Shown one piece after another: positions 41,598 to 52,008 of a stretch of 64,000 nt of DNA (position 1 is its first letter; the number at the start of each line of letters is the position of its first letter). Below the pieces are notes generated by a model. It was not told the origin of the DNA. It did no database searches and was given only the letters and a program-made list of their open reading frames with translations. The stretch comes from Candidatus Heimdallarchaeum endolithica. Its GTDB lineage: Archaea; Asgardarchaeota; Heimdallarchaeia; Heimdallarchaeales; Heimdallarchaeaceae. Position numbers and translations under genes: made by a program. The stretch is from assembly GCA_021513715.1 (NCBI GenBank), contig CP084167.1, positions 1,632,001 through 1,696,000 on the forward strand, read 5' to 3'.

Positions 41598-42186
41598 TAA
41601 CATTTTTCATATCTTTTTTCTTTGTAAGGTTCAATCAACTCACATTGATAAAAAATAAAAAAAGCGGATTACGAAGATAATTGTTCACTTTATCCACATT
41701 GGTAAGAGCAAATAAAAAGTGATACACGAGGGTAAATGATGAAACATAAATAAATCCAAACGTAACATAGAGAAACTAAGAAAAATTTCAGCATAAAAAC
41801 TTTGTAAAAAAAAGGGAGAAAAAATTATAAAATAACTCACAATTACACGCATAAAAGTAGAAAACTATATTAAACTATTATTCGTAAGATGCAGAGATTA
41901 GGTTTAACTTACTGTCACACCTAACTCTCTTTTTATTTTTTCTTACCACACTGTTATCCTCCCTCACCAGTCTTTAAATTTCCTTATCTGGAGAAAAATT
42001 TATGAATCATCCTACTTTTTTCTCCTACTCAAAGATGATAACCTTTTTGTTTTTTGTGTGACTTCTTAATTCCAATTCTTTTTTCTCTTACTCAAAAGTG
42101 TAACCCATATCTATTAAGTAAACAATCCAAAATAGTTAACAACAAGAACTTTATTATTGATTATTTTTCCCTCTTATTGAAGAGAA

Positions 42187-45162
42187 ATGTCAATGGAAAA
42201 TGTCCCAATGAAAAAAATTGATGAAGTAACATGGGAGATACCAACATCATATAAAAAAGGGATGAAAGTCCCAGCAAGACTGATATTAACACCAGAATTG
42301 AAAAAAGGAGTAGAACTTCGAGTAGTAGAACAAATAACTAATGTAGCAACATTACCGGGAATAGTAAAATATGCAATAGCTTTACCAGACACTCATGCAG
42401 GCTATGGCTTCCCCATTGGGGGAGTAGCTGCAATGGACATGGAAGAAGGAGTTATCTCACCGGGAGGAGTTGGTTTTGACATAAATTGCTTACCTGGAGA
42501 CACTTTAATTCTTCATAGTTTAGGTTATAGAAAAACCATTAAAGAATTTGAACCGGATTGGCTTAACACGGAATTATGTGTCTTCAATACATCCGAAAAT
42601 TCTATGGAAACAGCGTCTGTTGCCTATTTTCTTAAAAAAAGAGACACTGAAGTTTATACTATTCGCACTTATTGTGGTTACACAATTAAGGCAACTTCAG
42701 ATCATCCTTTGCTTACTCCAGATGGCATGATTGAAACTCAGAATTTACATGTTGGTGATAAATTAGCCATTTATCCTTTTGAGGGTGTAGATTATGAAGA
42801 ACCAAAAAATGAAACAATTCTAACTGAAGAAGATATTTTAAAACTTGACCTAGGGTTCGATAATCAATCTATTGTGAAGGAGTTAAAGAAAAGAGATTTA
42901 CTTCCCCTTACTCTCAATAATCCTAAGCTACCATACCTGCTATCTATTATTGGTTTTATCCTTGGTGATGGAACTGTAATAGTTTCATCAACAACAGAAG
43001 GAAAGAAAGGTTACGTTACGTTTTATGGAAAGCCAGAAGATTTAGATGAGATACGAGAGGATGTAAGAAAACTTGGATGGTCTCCCTCAAAAATTTACCA
43101 TCGTACGAAAAAAGCACCTTTCTTCAAGAATGGATATGTAAAAGATATTATCTCTGAAGAATATTCATTCAAGCAAGTATCACGTTCGTTTGTAAGTTTA
43201 ATTGCAGCACTAGGCTTTCCTGTAGGAAGCAGAGTCTCTCAAGATTGGTTTTTACCAGAATGGTTGATGAAGGTTCCAAAATGGATGAAACGATTATTTT
43301 TAGCTTCACTTCAAGGGGCAGATATGAGTACGCCAACAACATTAACATCAAACGAAGGTACATTTTACATGCCTTATATCAAAATTCATAGAAAAGAATC
43401 ATACGAACAATCAGGTCTTCAATATATTAAACAACTTCAACAACTTTACAATGAATTCAATGTTAATACATCGATTTCAGAGCCAGTTTTACGGTATACC
43501 AATGAAGAAGGAACAAAAAGCTATGCTATAATCATTTACATAAAAGGTGATTCACAAAACTTGATCAAACTTTTCTCTACTATTAATTTTAGATATAATA
43601 AGAGAAAACAGTGGTTAGCTAATGCTGCGACAGCATACTTAAAACTTAAAGAAAAAGAAATCGAATCTCGTAACACAGCAAGAAAAGAAATAATAAAGTT
43701 GAAAGAAGAAAATAAAGGCATAACAGAAATTTCTAAATTAATGAACGATAAATACGGAGTAAACAGACGTTTTGTAGAAAGAACAATCTACGATGGTGTA
43801 GTTGATCATTCAAGGCCATCTAAAGCGTTTTTCTCATTTGAAGCATTTTTGGGTGCGAGTTGCGACAATTTGGAAGAGAGTGGTGTTATCTGGGATAAAA
43901 TAGTATCAATAGAAAAAGAAGATTTTGATGATTATGTCTATGATTTTACAATTAACCATGAATCACATAACTTTATTGCAAATTCAATTATAGTTTCAAA
44001 CTGCGGCGTCCGTATGCTCTCTACCTCTCTCTCCGAATCAGAAGTTCGACCAAAAATTTCAGAATTAGTGAATAAACTTTTTAGAGCAGTTCCTGCAGGT
44101 GTTGGTGTAAAAAGCACTCTTCGTCTTAATGATTCACAGTTTAATGAAGTTCTAGAGACAGGAGCCACATGGTGTCTAGAAAATGGATATGCTTCTAAAG
44201 AAGATGTAGAGAGAATTGAAAGTGAAGGACGCCTTCCTCATGCTGATGCGTCTAAAGTAAGTCAAAGGGCAAAACAACGTGGTCGCAGTCAGTTAGGTAC
44301 ATTGGGTTCTGGAAACCATTATCTTGAGATTCAAGTTTTAGAAGAAGGGGATCTCTTAGACCCAGAAATAGGAAAAGAACTTGGACTTACTCATGCTAAA
44401 CAAATATCTGTTATGATACATTGTGGTTCTAGAGGTTTAGGTCATCAAGTGGCTTCAGATTACTTAAAAACCTGTGTTCAAGCTATGGATAAGTATAAGA
44501 TCCCTGTTTTGGATCAAGAGCTTGCTAGTGTACCTATTACTTCTAAAGAGGGTGAAGATTACTTTGCAGCTATGAACGCAGCAGCTAACATGGCTTTTGC
44601 TAATAGACAAATAATTACGCATAACGTTAGGAAAGTATTCGAAGAAGTTTTCAAAAAAGACAGTGATGAGCTAGGATTAAAGTTAATTTACGATGTTGCC
44701 CATAACATTGCTAAAATAGAAGAACATGAAGTTGATGGAAAGAAAAGAAAGCTTGTTATTCATCGAAAAGGTGCAACTAGAGGCTTTCCACCAGGACACC
44801 CAGAAATTCCTAAAGCTTATCAAAAAATTGGACAGCCAGTAATTATTGGAGGTTCAATGGAAACAGGTTCTTATCTTCTTGTTGGAACACAAAAATCGAT
44901 GGAGATTACTTTTGGTTCAACTGCCCATGGAGCAGGAAGAGTGATGAGTAGAGCACAAGCTAGAAGAGTCAAAAGAGGAGAAGAGATACAAAGACAACTG
45001 TCTGATAAAGGAATATATCTCAAAGGAGCCTCGTATAAGGGTATTGCAGAAGAAGGCGGTCATGCTTACAAAGACATAGATGCTGTAATCCACGCATTAA
45101 AGGTAGCAGGAATATCTCATCCTGTAGCAAGATTAAGACCAATAGGCAACATTAAAGGATAA
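42187..45162 (+). CDS. rtcB: RNA-splicing ligase RtcB containing an intein
   Basis: PDTHAGYGFPIG, VGFDIN/CG split by the intein, GSGNHYLE, HCGSRG, HNIA, HRKGAT, HGAGR. Confidence 0.95.
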   Translation: MSMENVPMKKIDEVTWEIPTSYKKGMKVPARLILTPELKKGVELRVVEQITNVATLPGIVKYAIALPDTHAGYGFPIGGVAAMDMEEGVISPGGVGFDINCLPGDTLILHSLGYRKTIKEFEPDWLNTELCVFNTSENSMETASVAYFLKKRDTEVYTIRTYCGYTIKATSDHPLLTPDGMIETQNLHVGDKLAIYPFEGVDYEEPKNETILTEEDILKLDLGFDNQSIVKELKKRDLLPLTLNNPKLPYLLSIIGFILGDGTVIVSSTTEGKKGYVTFYGKPEDLDEIREDVRKLGWSPSKIYHRTKKAPFFKNGYVKDIISEEYSFKQVSRSFVSLIAALGFPVGSRVSQDWFLPEWLMKVPKWMKRLFLASLQGADMSTPTTLTSNEGTFYMPYIKIHRKESYEQSGLQYIKQLQQLYNEFNVNTSISEPVLRYTNEEGTKSYAIIIYIKGDSQNLIKLFSTINFRYNKRKQWLANAATAYLKLKEKEIESRNTARKEIIKLKEENKGITEISKLMNDKYGVNRRFVERTIYDGVVDHSRPSKAFFSFEAFLGASCDNLEESGVIWDKIVSIEKEDFDDYVYDFTINHESHNFIANSIIVSNCGVRMLSTSLSESEVRPKISELVNKLFRAVPAGVGVKSTLRLNDSQFNEVLETGATWCLENGYASKEDVERIESEGRLPHADASKVSQRAKQRGRSQLGTLGSGNHYLEIQVLEEGDLLDPEIGKELGLTHAKQISVMIHCGSRGLGHQVASDYLKTCVQAMDKYKIPVLDQELASVPITSKEGEDYFAAMNAAANMAFANRQIITHNVRKVFEEVFKKDSDELGLKLIYDVAHNIAKIEEHEVDGKKRKLVIHRKGATRGFPPGHPEIPKAYQKIGQPVIIGGSMETGSYLLVGTQKSMEITFGSTAHGAGRVMSRAQARRVKRGEEIQRQLSDKGIYLKGASYKGIAEEGGHAYKDIDAVIHALKVAGISHPVARLRPIGNIKG
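42487..44001 (+). mobile_element. 505-aa intein with LAGLIDADG homing endonuclease
   Basis: Starts CLPGDT; block B ATSDHP; IIGFILGDG; block F VYDF...HNFIAN; ends SN before the extein Cys; removal restores DINCGVR. Confidence 0.93.
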
Positions 45163-45192
45163 AAACCTTTTTTCTGATTTTTTAATTTAGTT

Positions 45193-46251
45193 TTAAGGTT
45201 TAGTTCTTAGATCAACAATATTTACGCTTAATTTCATTTTTTTAGCCCAAGAAGAAATACGCTTTACAGCTTCATCTGTACTTTCAAGTTGAGCCCCAGA
45301 AGCAGGTTTGTGTCCTCCTCCATTCATTGTTTTTGCAAGTTTATCAACTCGCAAAAAATCTATCTGTTCATCTGTTAACTTCTTACTCAATCTTAGACTT
45401 ATTCTTGTAATATCAGGATACTCGGTTAAATATGCTGTCCCTTTTGCTCCTCGATACATCACTTCGTGAGCGATATAAGTAATATTATAATGCGAGGGTC
45501 TATCAATTAATATAACAAAATCTGCTATTTCTATTTCTTGGGAAACATCATGTGCTTTTTTTCTTCCATATCTTAAATTACTGATCTTCTTATGAATGAA
45601 CTCAACATTAGGATCGTTAAAATCCCAAAGTCCTATCCATCCTTTTTTTGATAGAATATCTGTTAATATGGCGTGATCTTCTAATGTAAAGGCTGTTTTA
45701 CACGCATCCTCTAAGAACCATATTTTTGTGTCTTCATTAAAATCGTCTAAAGATGATTCCAATTCAATTGGGGGTGGAATCGAGTAGCTTGCAGTATCAG
45801 TAATTTCTGTCATTTTGGCCAATTCGATCATATAATCAGGGAGAACAGAAGAATAATTTTTAGATAGTAAATAAGAGGTGCTTAATCCTCCTGCTTCAAA
45901 AAATATCTTTCGTGCATTAATTAATTTTCCAACTGCAGAAATGTGATGATCAACATATAGTTCCATCTCATTAAGATTAAACGGTTCTAAATCTACAATT
46001 GCAAACCAGTTAGCTTTCTCAAATTTTTCTCGAAGATTGGGATTATTAAGCAGTGAATAATCGATTGGTAAGTAAACTAGTTTTTGATTTTTCTCAAAGA
46101 GTTTCTTAACAATTGCACCTGAAACTATTCCATCACAACAATTGTAATGATAAGCTACTTTCATAGTTTTCTTTTTTTTAAGTTCAGAGAGGACTTTATT
46201 TCTGTATTCTTTTCTTTGCTTCTGTATATCAGATATTTCCATTTTGCTCAA
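45193..46251 (-). CDS. DHH/DHHA1 family phosphoesterase
   Basis: YHYNCCDG, VDL, VDHH, ISLR, GGGHKPASG. Confidence 0.85.
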   Translation of the reverse strand: MSKMEISDIQKQRKEYRNKVLSELKKKKTMKVAYHYNCCDGIVSGAIVKKLFEKNQKLVYLPIDYSLLNNPNLREKFEKANWFAIVDLEPFNLNEMELYVDHHISAVGKLINARKIFFEAGGLSTSYLLSKNYSSVLPDYMIELAKMTEITDTASYSIPPPIELESSLDDFNEDTKIWFLEDACKTAFTLEDHAILTDILSKKGWIGLWDFNDPNVEFIHKKISNLRYGRKKAHDVSQEIEIADFVILIDRPSHYNITYIAHEVMYRGAKGTAYLTEYPDITRISLRLSKKLTDEQIDFLRVDKLAKTMNGGGHKPASGAQLESTDEAVKRISSWAKKMKLSVNIVDLRTKP

Positions 46252-46257
46252 CTTCTA

Positions 46258-47031
46258 TCAACTAATATTTGCAAATTCTTTGAAGTTTCTTGATAATACT
46301 TCTGAAACTTCATCCATTGATAAGTTTTTTACTTCAGCTATTTTTTCCATAATTTGAGGGATAATAGCTGGTGAACCTATTATTCTTTCTCCTTTTATCC
46401 AATATTTTACATTTCCGTCTGATTCAGTTAATAATTGCTCTAATTCCACCTTTTCTAGAACAAAACGATGTGTACTGCCTCCTAAAATTGAAGGATTAAT
46501 TGAAAAGAATACACCTTTATCTCTAAATTTGTAAAGTATTTTTTTCGGACCAGAATACCAATGTATCAAAATGTTAGAGGGAGGAATAGAAAAAGAATCT
46601 AGGAGCTCATACACTCTTTCTTCTGCTCCTTTTGAGTGAATGTTAATGGGAATTGAATATTGTTCTGAGAGGTTAAGAAAGAATCTAAAAACTTCTTCTT
46701 GAAGAGGATAATACTGCTCTTTCTTAATAAAATGGTGATCTAATCCAATTTCTCCAAAAACCAGAGGAGAAACAGTTGCTACATGGTAAGAAATTTTGTT
46801 GATCTGTTCTTCAGGCATATTACGCTTTACTTCCCACGGATGAATGCCAAAACCAGGAATAATCTGTTTGTATTTTTTTTGTAGTTCAATTGCTTTTTCA
46901 ATCTCTGTATATTTCATAGATACTCCTACAACATATTCCAAACCAAGATCTAACCATTGTTTCATAAAATTATCAATATCTTTGTAAAAGTAATTAATAG
47001 GTAAATGGCAATGAGCATCGTGAAATTGCAT
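46258..47031 (-). CDS. tatD: TatD family DNase
   Basis: DAHCH, GIHP, GEIGLD, IHS, HWYSG, TESD. Confidence 0.9.
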   Translation of the reverse strand: MQFHDAHCHLPINYFYKDIDNFMKQWLDLGLEYVVGVSMKYTEIEKAIELQKKYKQIIPGFGIHPWEVKRNMPEEQINKISYHVATVSPLVFGEIGLDHHFIKKEQYYPLQEEVFRFFLNLSEQYSIPINIHSKGAEERVYELLDSFSIPPSNILIHWYSGPKKILYKFRDKGVFFSINPSILGGSTHRFVLEKVELEQLLTESDGNVKYWIKGERIIGSPAIIPQIMEKIAEVKNLSMDEVSEVLSRNFKEFANIS

Positions 47032-47096
47032 AATAAAAATTTATCATAGAGTTTATTTATTTGTTTGGTAAAGTTTACATTAAGAGGAATAAAATT

Positions 47097-47285
47097 ATGT
47101 CAAGTTTAGAAGAAAGAGTTAAGAAACTAGAGAAAGAAGTAGAACGTTTACGTAATTTGCTCGAACAACATCTTCATCAACATGGATGGCGCCCCCAACC
47201 AATAAAACCTAAACCGAACATCCCTCCAAAGCATCCTTTTAAGCCAAATCATGATGATTTACACGAACCTTTTAAAATAGATTAA
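47097..47285 (+). CDS. Small coiled-coil plus His/Pro-rich protein (62 aa)
   Basis: GAGGA SD before ATG 47097; LEERVKKLEKEVERL heptads; HLHQH and Pro-rich tail. Confidence 0.6.
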   Translation: MSSLEERVKKLEKEVERLRNLLEQHLHQHGWRPQPIKPKPNIPPKHPFKPNHDDLHEPFKID

Positions 47286-47392
47286 AAGAAAATCCATAGT
47301 AAGGATCGCCAATTGGTTTTGTAAAAACTTTGTTTTTCTATAAGAACAAACTCTTTATATTTAGATTTTTTAAAAGAATATTGATGTAACTA

Positions 47393-48217
47393 ATGCCACA
47401 GAAGAAGAGAGATTTTGCTAAGATTGTTCGAAATATGATTAGACAAAGTGAAGTAGTTTGTGAAGTAATAGATGGACGTTTTCCATCACTATCCAGAGTT
47501 AGAAAATACGAAAATATGGTATTAAGAAATCCAAAAAAAAGTCTTGTAATAGCAATGAATAAAATTGACTTAGTTCCTGACAAAGTAGTAAAAAAGTGGA
47601 AGAAAATACTCAAAGAAGAAGGATTAAATGTTATTGCGGTAAGTGCGAGAGAGAGGTTAAGCACCTCTATATTAAGAAAAGAACTGCTTAAAGTTGCTCC
47701 ACCAGAAACATACTTTGTAACTGCTTGTTTTATTGGTTTACCCAATACAGGCAAAAGTTCACTTATTAATATTCTAAAAGGAAGAGCTAGCGCTCCAGTT
47801 GCTCCAATTCCAGGTTACACAAGAGCAGAACAAGTATTAAGAATAACTACAAGATTAAGAATTTTTGATACACCGGGAGTACTTACAAAAAATATTAACC
47901 CCAATGAGAGAATATTACTAGGTACTTATAGATGGGATCAGCTTGCAGATCATGTTAAAGCTTCTTGGGTGTTGGTTCAAGGAATAGAGAAGTATAACCC
48001 AGGAATTTTAACTGAAGTCTATGGAATAGAGTACCGTTCTCCTCCTGAATTTATTGAGAAATTCGCTGAAAAAAGGCATAGAAGAAAAAAAGGAGGAGTT
48101 TTAGATATTGAAGCAGCAGCTTCGATATTCATGAATGAGTATATTCAAGGAAAAATTCCGATATGGGAAGACCCTGAAACGTATTTAAAAGAGAGAGAAG
48201 AACAAGAAGAGAGATAA
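47393..48217 (+). CDS. Circularly permuted ribosome-biogenesis GTPase (YlqF/RbgA family)
   Basis: Motif order G4 NKID, G5 SA, G1 GLPNTGKS, G2 PGYT, G3 DTPG. Confidence 0.92.
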   Translation: MPQKKRDFAKIVRNMIRQSEVVCEVIDGRFPSLSRVRKYENMVLRNPKKSLVIAMNKIDLVPDKVVKKWKKILKEEGLNVIAVSARERLSTSILRKELLKVAPPETYFVTACFIGLPNTGKSSLINILKGRASAPVAPIPGYTRAEQVLRITTRLRIFDTPGVLTKNINPNERILLGTYRWDQLADHVKASWVLVQGIEKYNPGILTEVYGIEYRSPPEFIEKFAEKRHRRKKGGVLDIEAAASIFMNEYIQGKIPIWEDPETYLKEREEQEER

Positions 48218-48425
48218 AGATAATAAACATAGAGATTAGTATATCAATTATAGATCAAACGCTTAACAATTCAGTTTTTAAAAAAATAGTTATTTGTTTT
48301 TTAATTTTACAAATTTACAACTAACAAATTTTTTTGTAGTTTTATAAATCGTTTAAATCCTTCTTTTAATTAGACAATAAATATTTACATAATACGATTG
48401 TTTTTTTTTATTAGGAGATAGTTCA

Positions 48426-48790
48426 ATGAAAAAAAATATGTGTTCTTATTGTTAATATTGTTGGGAAATTGAATAATTCTTCTTGGAGCACATTCTGGAA
48501 CTAGCGAAACAACTATTCGTGCATTTTTAATAGAAAAAATAGAGATTACCGATAAGTTTGAAGGAACTACATCTACTCAATACAGAATACAAATTGGAAT
48601 TCTTTTTGTAAGGATAGATGACTCTTCTGGTGCTACTTTCGATAATGACAAAAACTGTGGAGATTTAAGAACATTTCCAAAAGATTTTGATAACTATAAT
48701 GGAGGTGGTGCCGATTTTTATGGTAATAAGTTATGTACCTTATATACTAAACATGTGATTTTTGTTCTTCTCTTTTCTTTTTCAAAGTAG
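48426..48790 (+). pseudogene. Disrupted gene for a small secreted protein
   Basis: AGGAGA SD then ATG and A8; one extra A gives MKKKYVFLLLILLGN*IILLGAHSG... and an otherwise open frame to TAG 48788-48790. Confidence 0.55.
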
Positions 48791-48825
48791 AGGAAAAATA
48801 AAAGAAGAGAAGATAGATTCTCTTC

Positions 48826-49068
48826 TTAACCTATGATTTTTAATTTTCCCTTGATAATAAGTATTGCACTACACCCAGAGATAATAATACTAAGGATTGC
48901 ACCTGAAAACCAATACCAGTTAACATCTCCAGACTCTGTAAATGCCAAAAGAATAAATATCAAAAAAAGAACGTTAAAAACAGTTGAAACTAGTAATATA
49001 TTCAGAAATATGTTTTTAAATTTCGGCTTTTCAACGCTAGTTTGAAAATTATTATCCTTTTCTTCCAT
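48826..49068 (-). CDS. Small two-TM membrane protein (paralogue of 51580-51819)
   Basis: Two hydrophobic helices; about half of the aligned residues are identical to the second copy. Confidence 0.8.
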   Translation of the reverse strand: MEEKDNNFQTSVEKPKFKNIFLNILLVSTVFNVLFLIFILLAFTESGDVNWYWFSGAILSIIISGCSAILIIKGKLKIIG

Positions 49069-49113
49069 ACTAAATAAAATAGAAAAATGATTTTTATTTT
49101 TTGTTACTAAGAA

Positions 49114-49223
49114 TAGTACTTCCGAATTATCTCAAAAAGTATGAATTGAGAACACACCAATGATAGTATGAACGCCTATAATTTTAACCTATAGAAATCG
49201 GTCAACTTATTGCGGAAGTACTA
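49114..49223. mobile_element. 110-bp MITE, copy 1
   Basis: 11-bp terminal inverted repeats TAGTACTTCCG; flanking 6-bp duplication TAAGAA (49108-49113 and 49224-49229); 106/110 identical to the reverse complement of 56038-56147. Confidence 0.92.
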
Positions 49224-49408
49224 TAAGAAGATGAAATTAGAAATATCAGGATAATTGGTTTATGTCTTTGAATTCACTAACATAAAACAAACCATTTTCA
49301 TGTTTAACTATGTAGATATCTGTTTTTAACACGACCAAGCGAGATGCTTTTACAAAATTTTCTAATTGATTATTACATAAAGGTTTTAACCTTAAAAAAG
49401 AAAAAAAA

Positions 49409-51353
49409 CTATTTTTTCCTTCTTCTAATTAACGGATAGGAAAAAATAGCAACTACAAAAAATATTATTGTAAACGGAACTGTAGTTGTATTTTCCTCGT
49501 AAACACCTGCTCTTTTTAACCATTCAATAGATGTATCAAGGTTATAGTCATACTTCATAATGTCGTTATAATACCAATATGATTGAATAGGATAAATGGG
49601 GCTTTGAGATATTAAATATTCTCCATCGTGGATCTCTCTGTTTATTTCCTCTCTATCTATTGCATATGATATTGCTTTTCTTACAGCAAGAGCCTTTGAA
49701 TAGTTTTCATATCCTGTCTCATTTAAGAAGATAAAGTTATCATCACCTCCAATAAAGGGTCTTCTAAGGTTGAATATCATAAAATTCATGTAGTTTTTCA
49801 GTTTTGACTGAATTTCAAACTTAGGGTCATCTTGCATGCTTTTTCTCTCATCTATGAAAGTGTCCATTTCTCCTAATAAATCAAGTCTTCCTGCTTTAAA
49901 CTCTTCAAGTATTGTATTTAAATCTTGAATGAAACGTACATTGATAGTTTTAATATCTAGATCCTGTTCTGTCCCATCAATAGCTCCAACACCAAACCAG
50001 AAGGGAGAAGCCCTCAAAACTGCAACTGTATCTTTTTCATGATAGTCTAGCATGTACTTACCACAACCAAATGCAGAATTTCCATATGTAGACCACTGCG
50101 GAGTGTTAAAAACACCATTATACAGTCCTTTCATTGGAACACCCCCAGTGGAGTAAGTGACTGTTTCATCTGTTGTGTTTAAGAAAAATTCTGGTAATAG
50201 TTTAACTGTTAGTGCTTCCAAGAATTGTGTGTATTTTTCTTTCTCTTCTGTCTCAGGATCACCATCTATTTCTATCCAGAATGACAAAGGATCATTAGAA
50301 TCAACCCATACATTGTGAATCCAGCAATAATCATCTGCATCTCCATTAAAACAGGGTTAGCATAAGCAAGTAAAGTGAATACTGCATCTTTAGCAGTTAC
50401 TTGTTGGTTGGTTCCATCACTAAACTCACCATCATCACTTTTCATGAGTATAGATGGATTTACAATATTTCCATTTTCATTAATTAGTGGGTCAGAACTG
50501 CTATCTCTTCCAGTAATGTTAAAAGATGGATTCCAGTAGACATCATCACGCAGAGTGAATTTGTATAAGAGTTCATTGTTTTCATCTTGTTGCCAATCAA
50601 AAATTAAACCAGTTTTAATGGGTTCAAAACCAGGAGACATCTGGATTAATGGTTCTGTAACTAGGGAAAAAATGTAGGAATTAGATGAATCATGTTGCAC
50701 GAATGGGTTTAAATTTACCCACAAATCAGTATAATCATTTAATTCTTCAGTTGAGGTTTGCCCTTCGTGTAAGGAAGTGAATTCCATATAAGGTAGGGAT
50801 TCAACAACACCCCACAAAGCATTATATCCATCTAATGTAGCCCAATTAGCAACATATGATCGTGGGCTGAAGAATGGCAGCATTGGTAAGACTTTATCCA
50901 TTATTAATTGTTGCCATTCATAATAGTGTTGTTGTCTTTCTTCAAGATCCATGACGAGAGAGCCTTTTTCTAACATCTTTCATTATCGTCTCCATAAGGA
51001 ATCTCTGTGTTTATACCAAAATAATTTAGAGAACCATTCTCACAAAATAGTTCTTTCTGATCATATATTGTTCCTCCACCAGTTAAACCTAAGAATGCAA
51101 GATCAAAGTCATAAGTAATAGTAAGAGTACCTATAAAGACTATCCACTCTTCATTCTTAATATTAACTTTAATACCCAATTTGTCCAAATATTGGGCAAT
51201 GTAAAGACCGTAATCAGGAAGATAACCACTACCACTAACCTTAAGGGTTAATACAGCAATTGTATCGGTTTCAGCTTTTGTATTTAAAATAGAAAATGAA
51301 CTGATTATCAAAAGAGTAGAGAGCAAAATAAGATTGAATAATTTTTTTTTCAT
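49409..51353 (-). pseudogene. Family-5 (OppA/DppA-like) solute-binding protein split into three ORFs by two single-base deletions
   Basis: One added base near 50978 (..DNEK-MLEKG) and one near 50348 (..ANPV-NGDADDYCW..DPLSFW) joins the three ORFs; signal peptide and C-terminal TM+RRRKK are present; may be sequencing error. Confidence 0.8.
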
Positions 51354-51579
51354 TTTTTATACCTCTATTTTATTATCAGTTGATGTAAGGTTAAAATTGC
51401 CATTTATTTTGGAAACCTTTTTTCTTTAGAATATAGCATTTTAACCAACATATCGTCAACTTATATCCAAAAACACTTATAATAATATCGACAAATAGCT
51501 GATTTTTTGAAGAGAATCATTTTTATATAGAAAAAAATCAAGTGTATTTTAACAAAGTAATCTAATATAAATTGCAGAA

Positions 51580-51819
51580 TTAACCAACAATTTTTAGTTT
51601 GCCTTTTATAATAAGGATACTACATATTCCAGAGATTACCAGCATAAATAAAGCTCCGATAAACCAATCAAAATTTGTTGTATCTTTTAGATATTGCAAC
51701 AAGAAGATGACAAAAAGAGTACTAAATACTGCATCAAACAAGACCATATTCAAGAAGATGTTACTAAAACTAGGTTTCTGGGAATCGTTTCCTAATGAAT
51801 CCTTCTTTAACTCATTCAT
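51580..51819 (-). CDS. Small two-TM membrane protein (paralogue of 48826-49068)
   Basis: KP.F.NIFLN...WF.GA...ISG...ILIIKGKLKI.G shared with the first copy. Confidence 0.8.
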   Translation of the reverse strand: MNELKKDSLGNDSQKPSFSNIFLNMVLFDAVFSTLFVIFLLQYLKDTTNFDWFIGALFMLVISGICSILIIKGKLKIVG

Positions 51820-52008
51820 AGTTTTCACTCTCAAAGGAAAGGTTTTTCGTTTTTTTCTCTATAAAAGAGAATAACTATTAATTATTTTCTGTGAAAATTT
51901 TAATGAAATATAAAAAATTATTGCTTAATGTCATTAAACTAATGTTAAAAAAAGAAAAGCAATCAGAGTTTTCTTTTTATGTAAAGTATATCCAAAAAGA
52001 TCAATATT

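Noticed and set aside
42015-42105. Possible mini-CRISPR (28-bp repeat, ~35-bp spacer)
   Set aside because: Only two imperfect, low-complexity units; no cas genes or typical repeat ends
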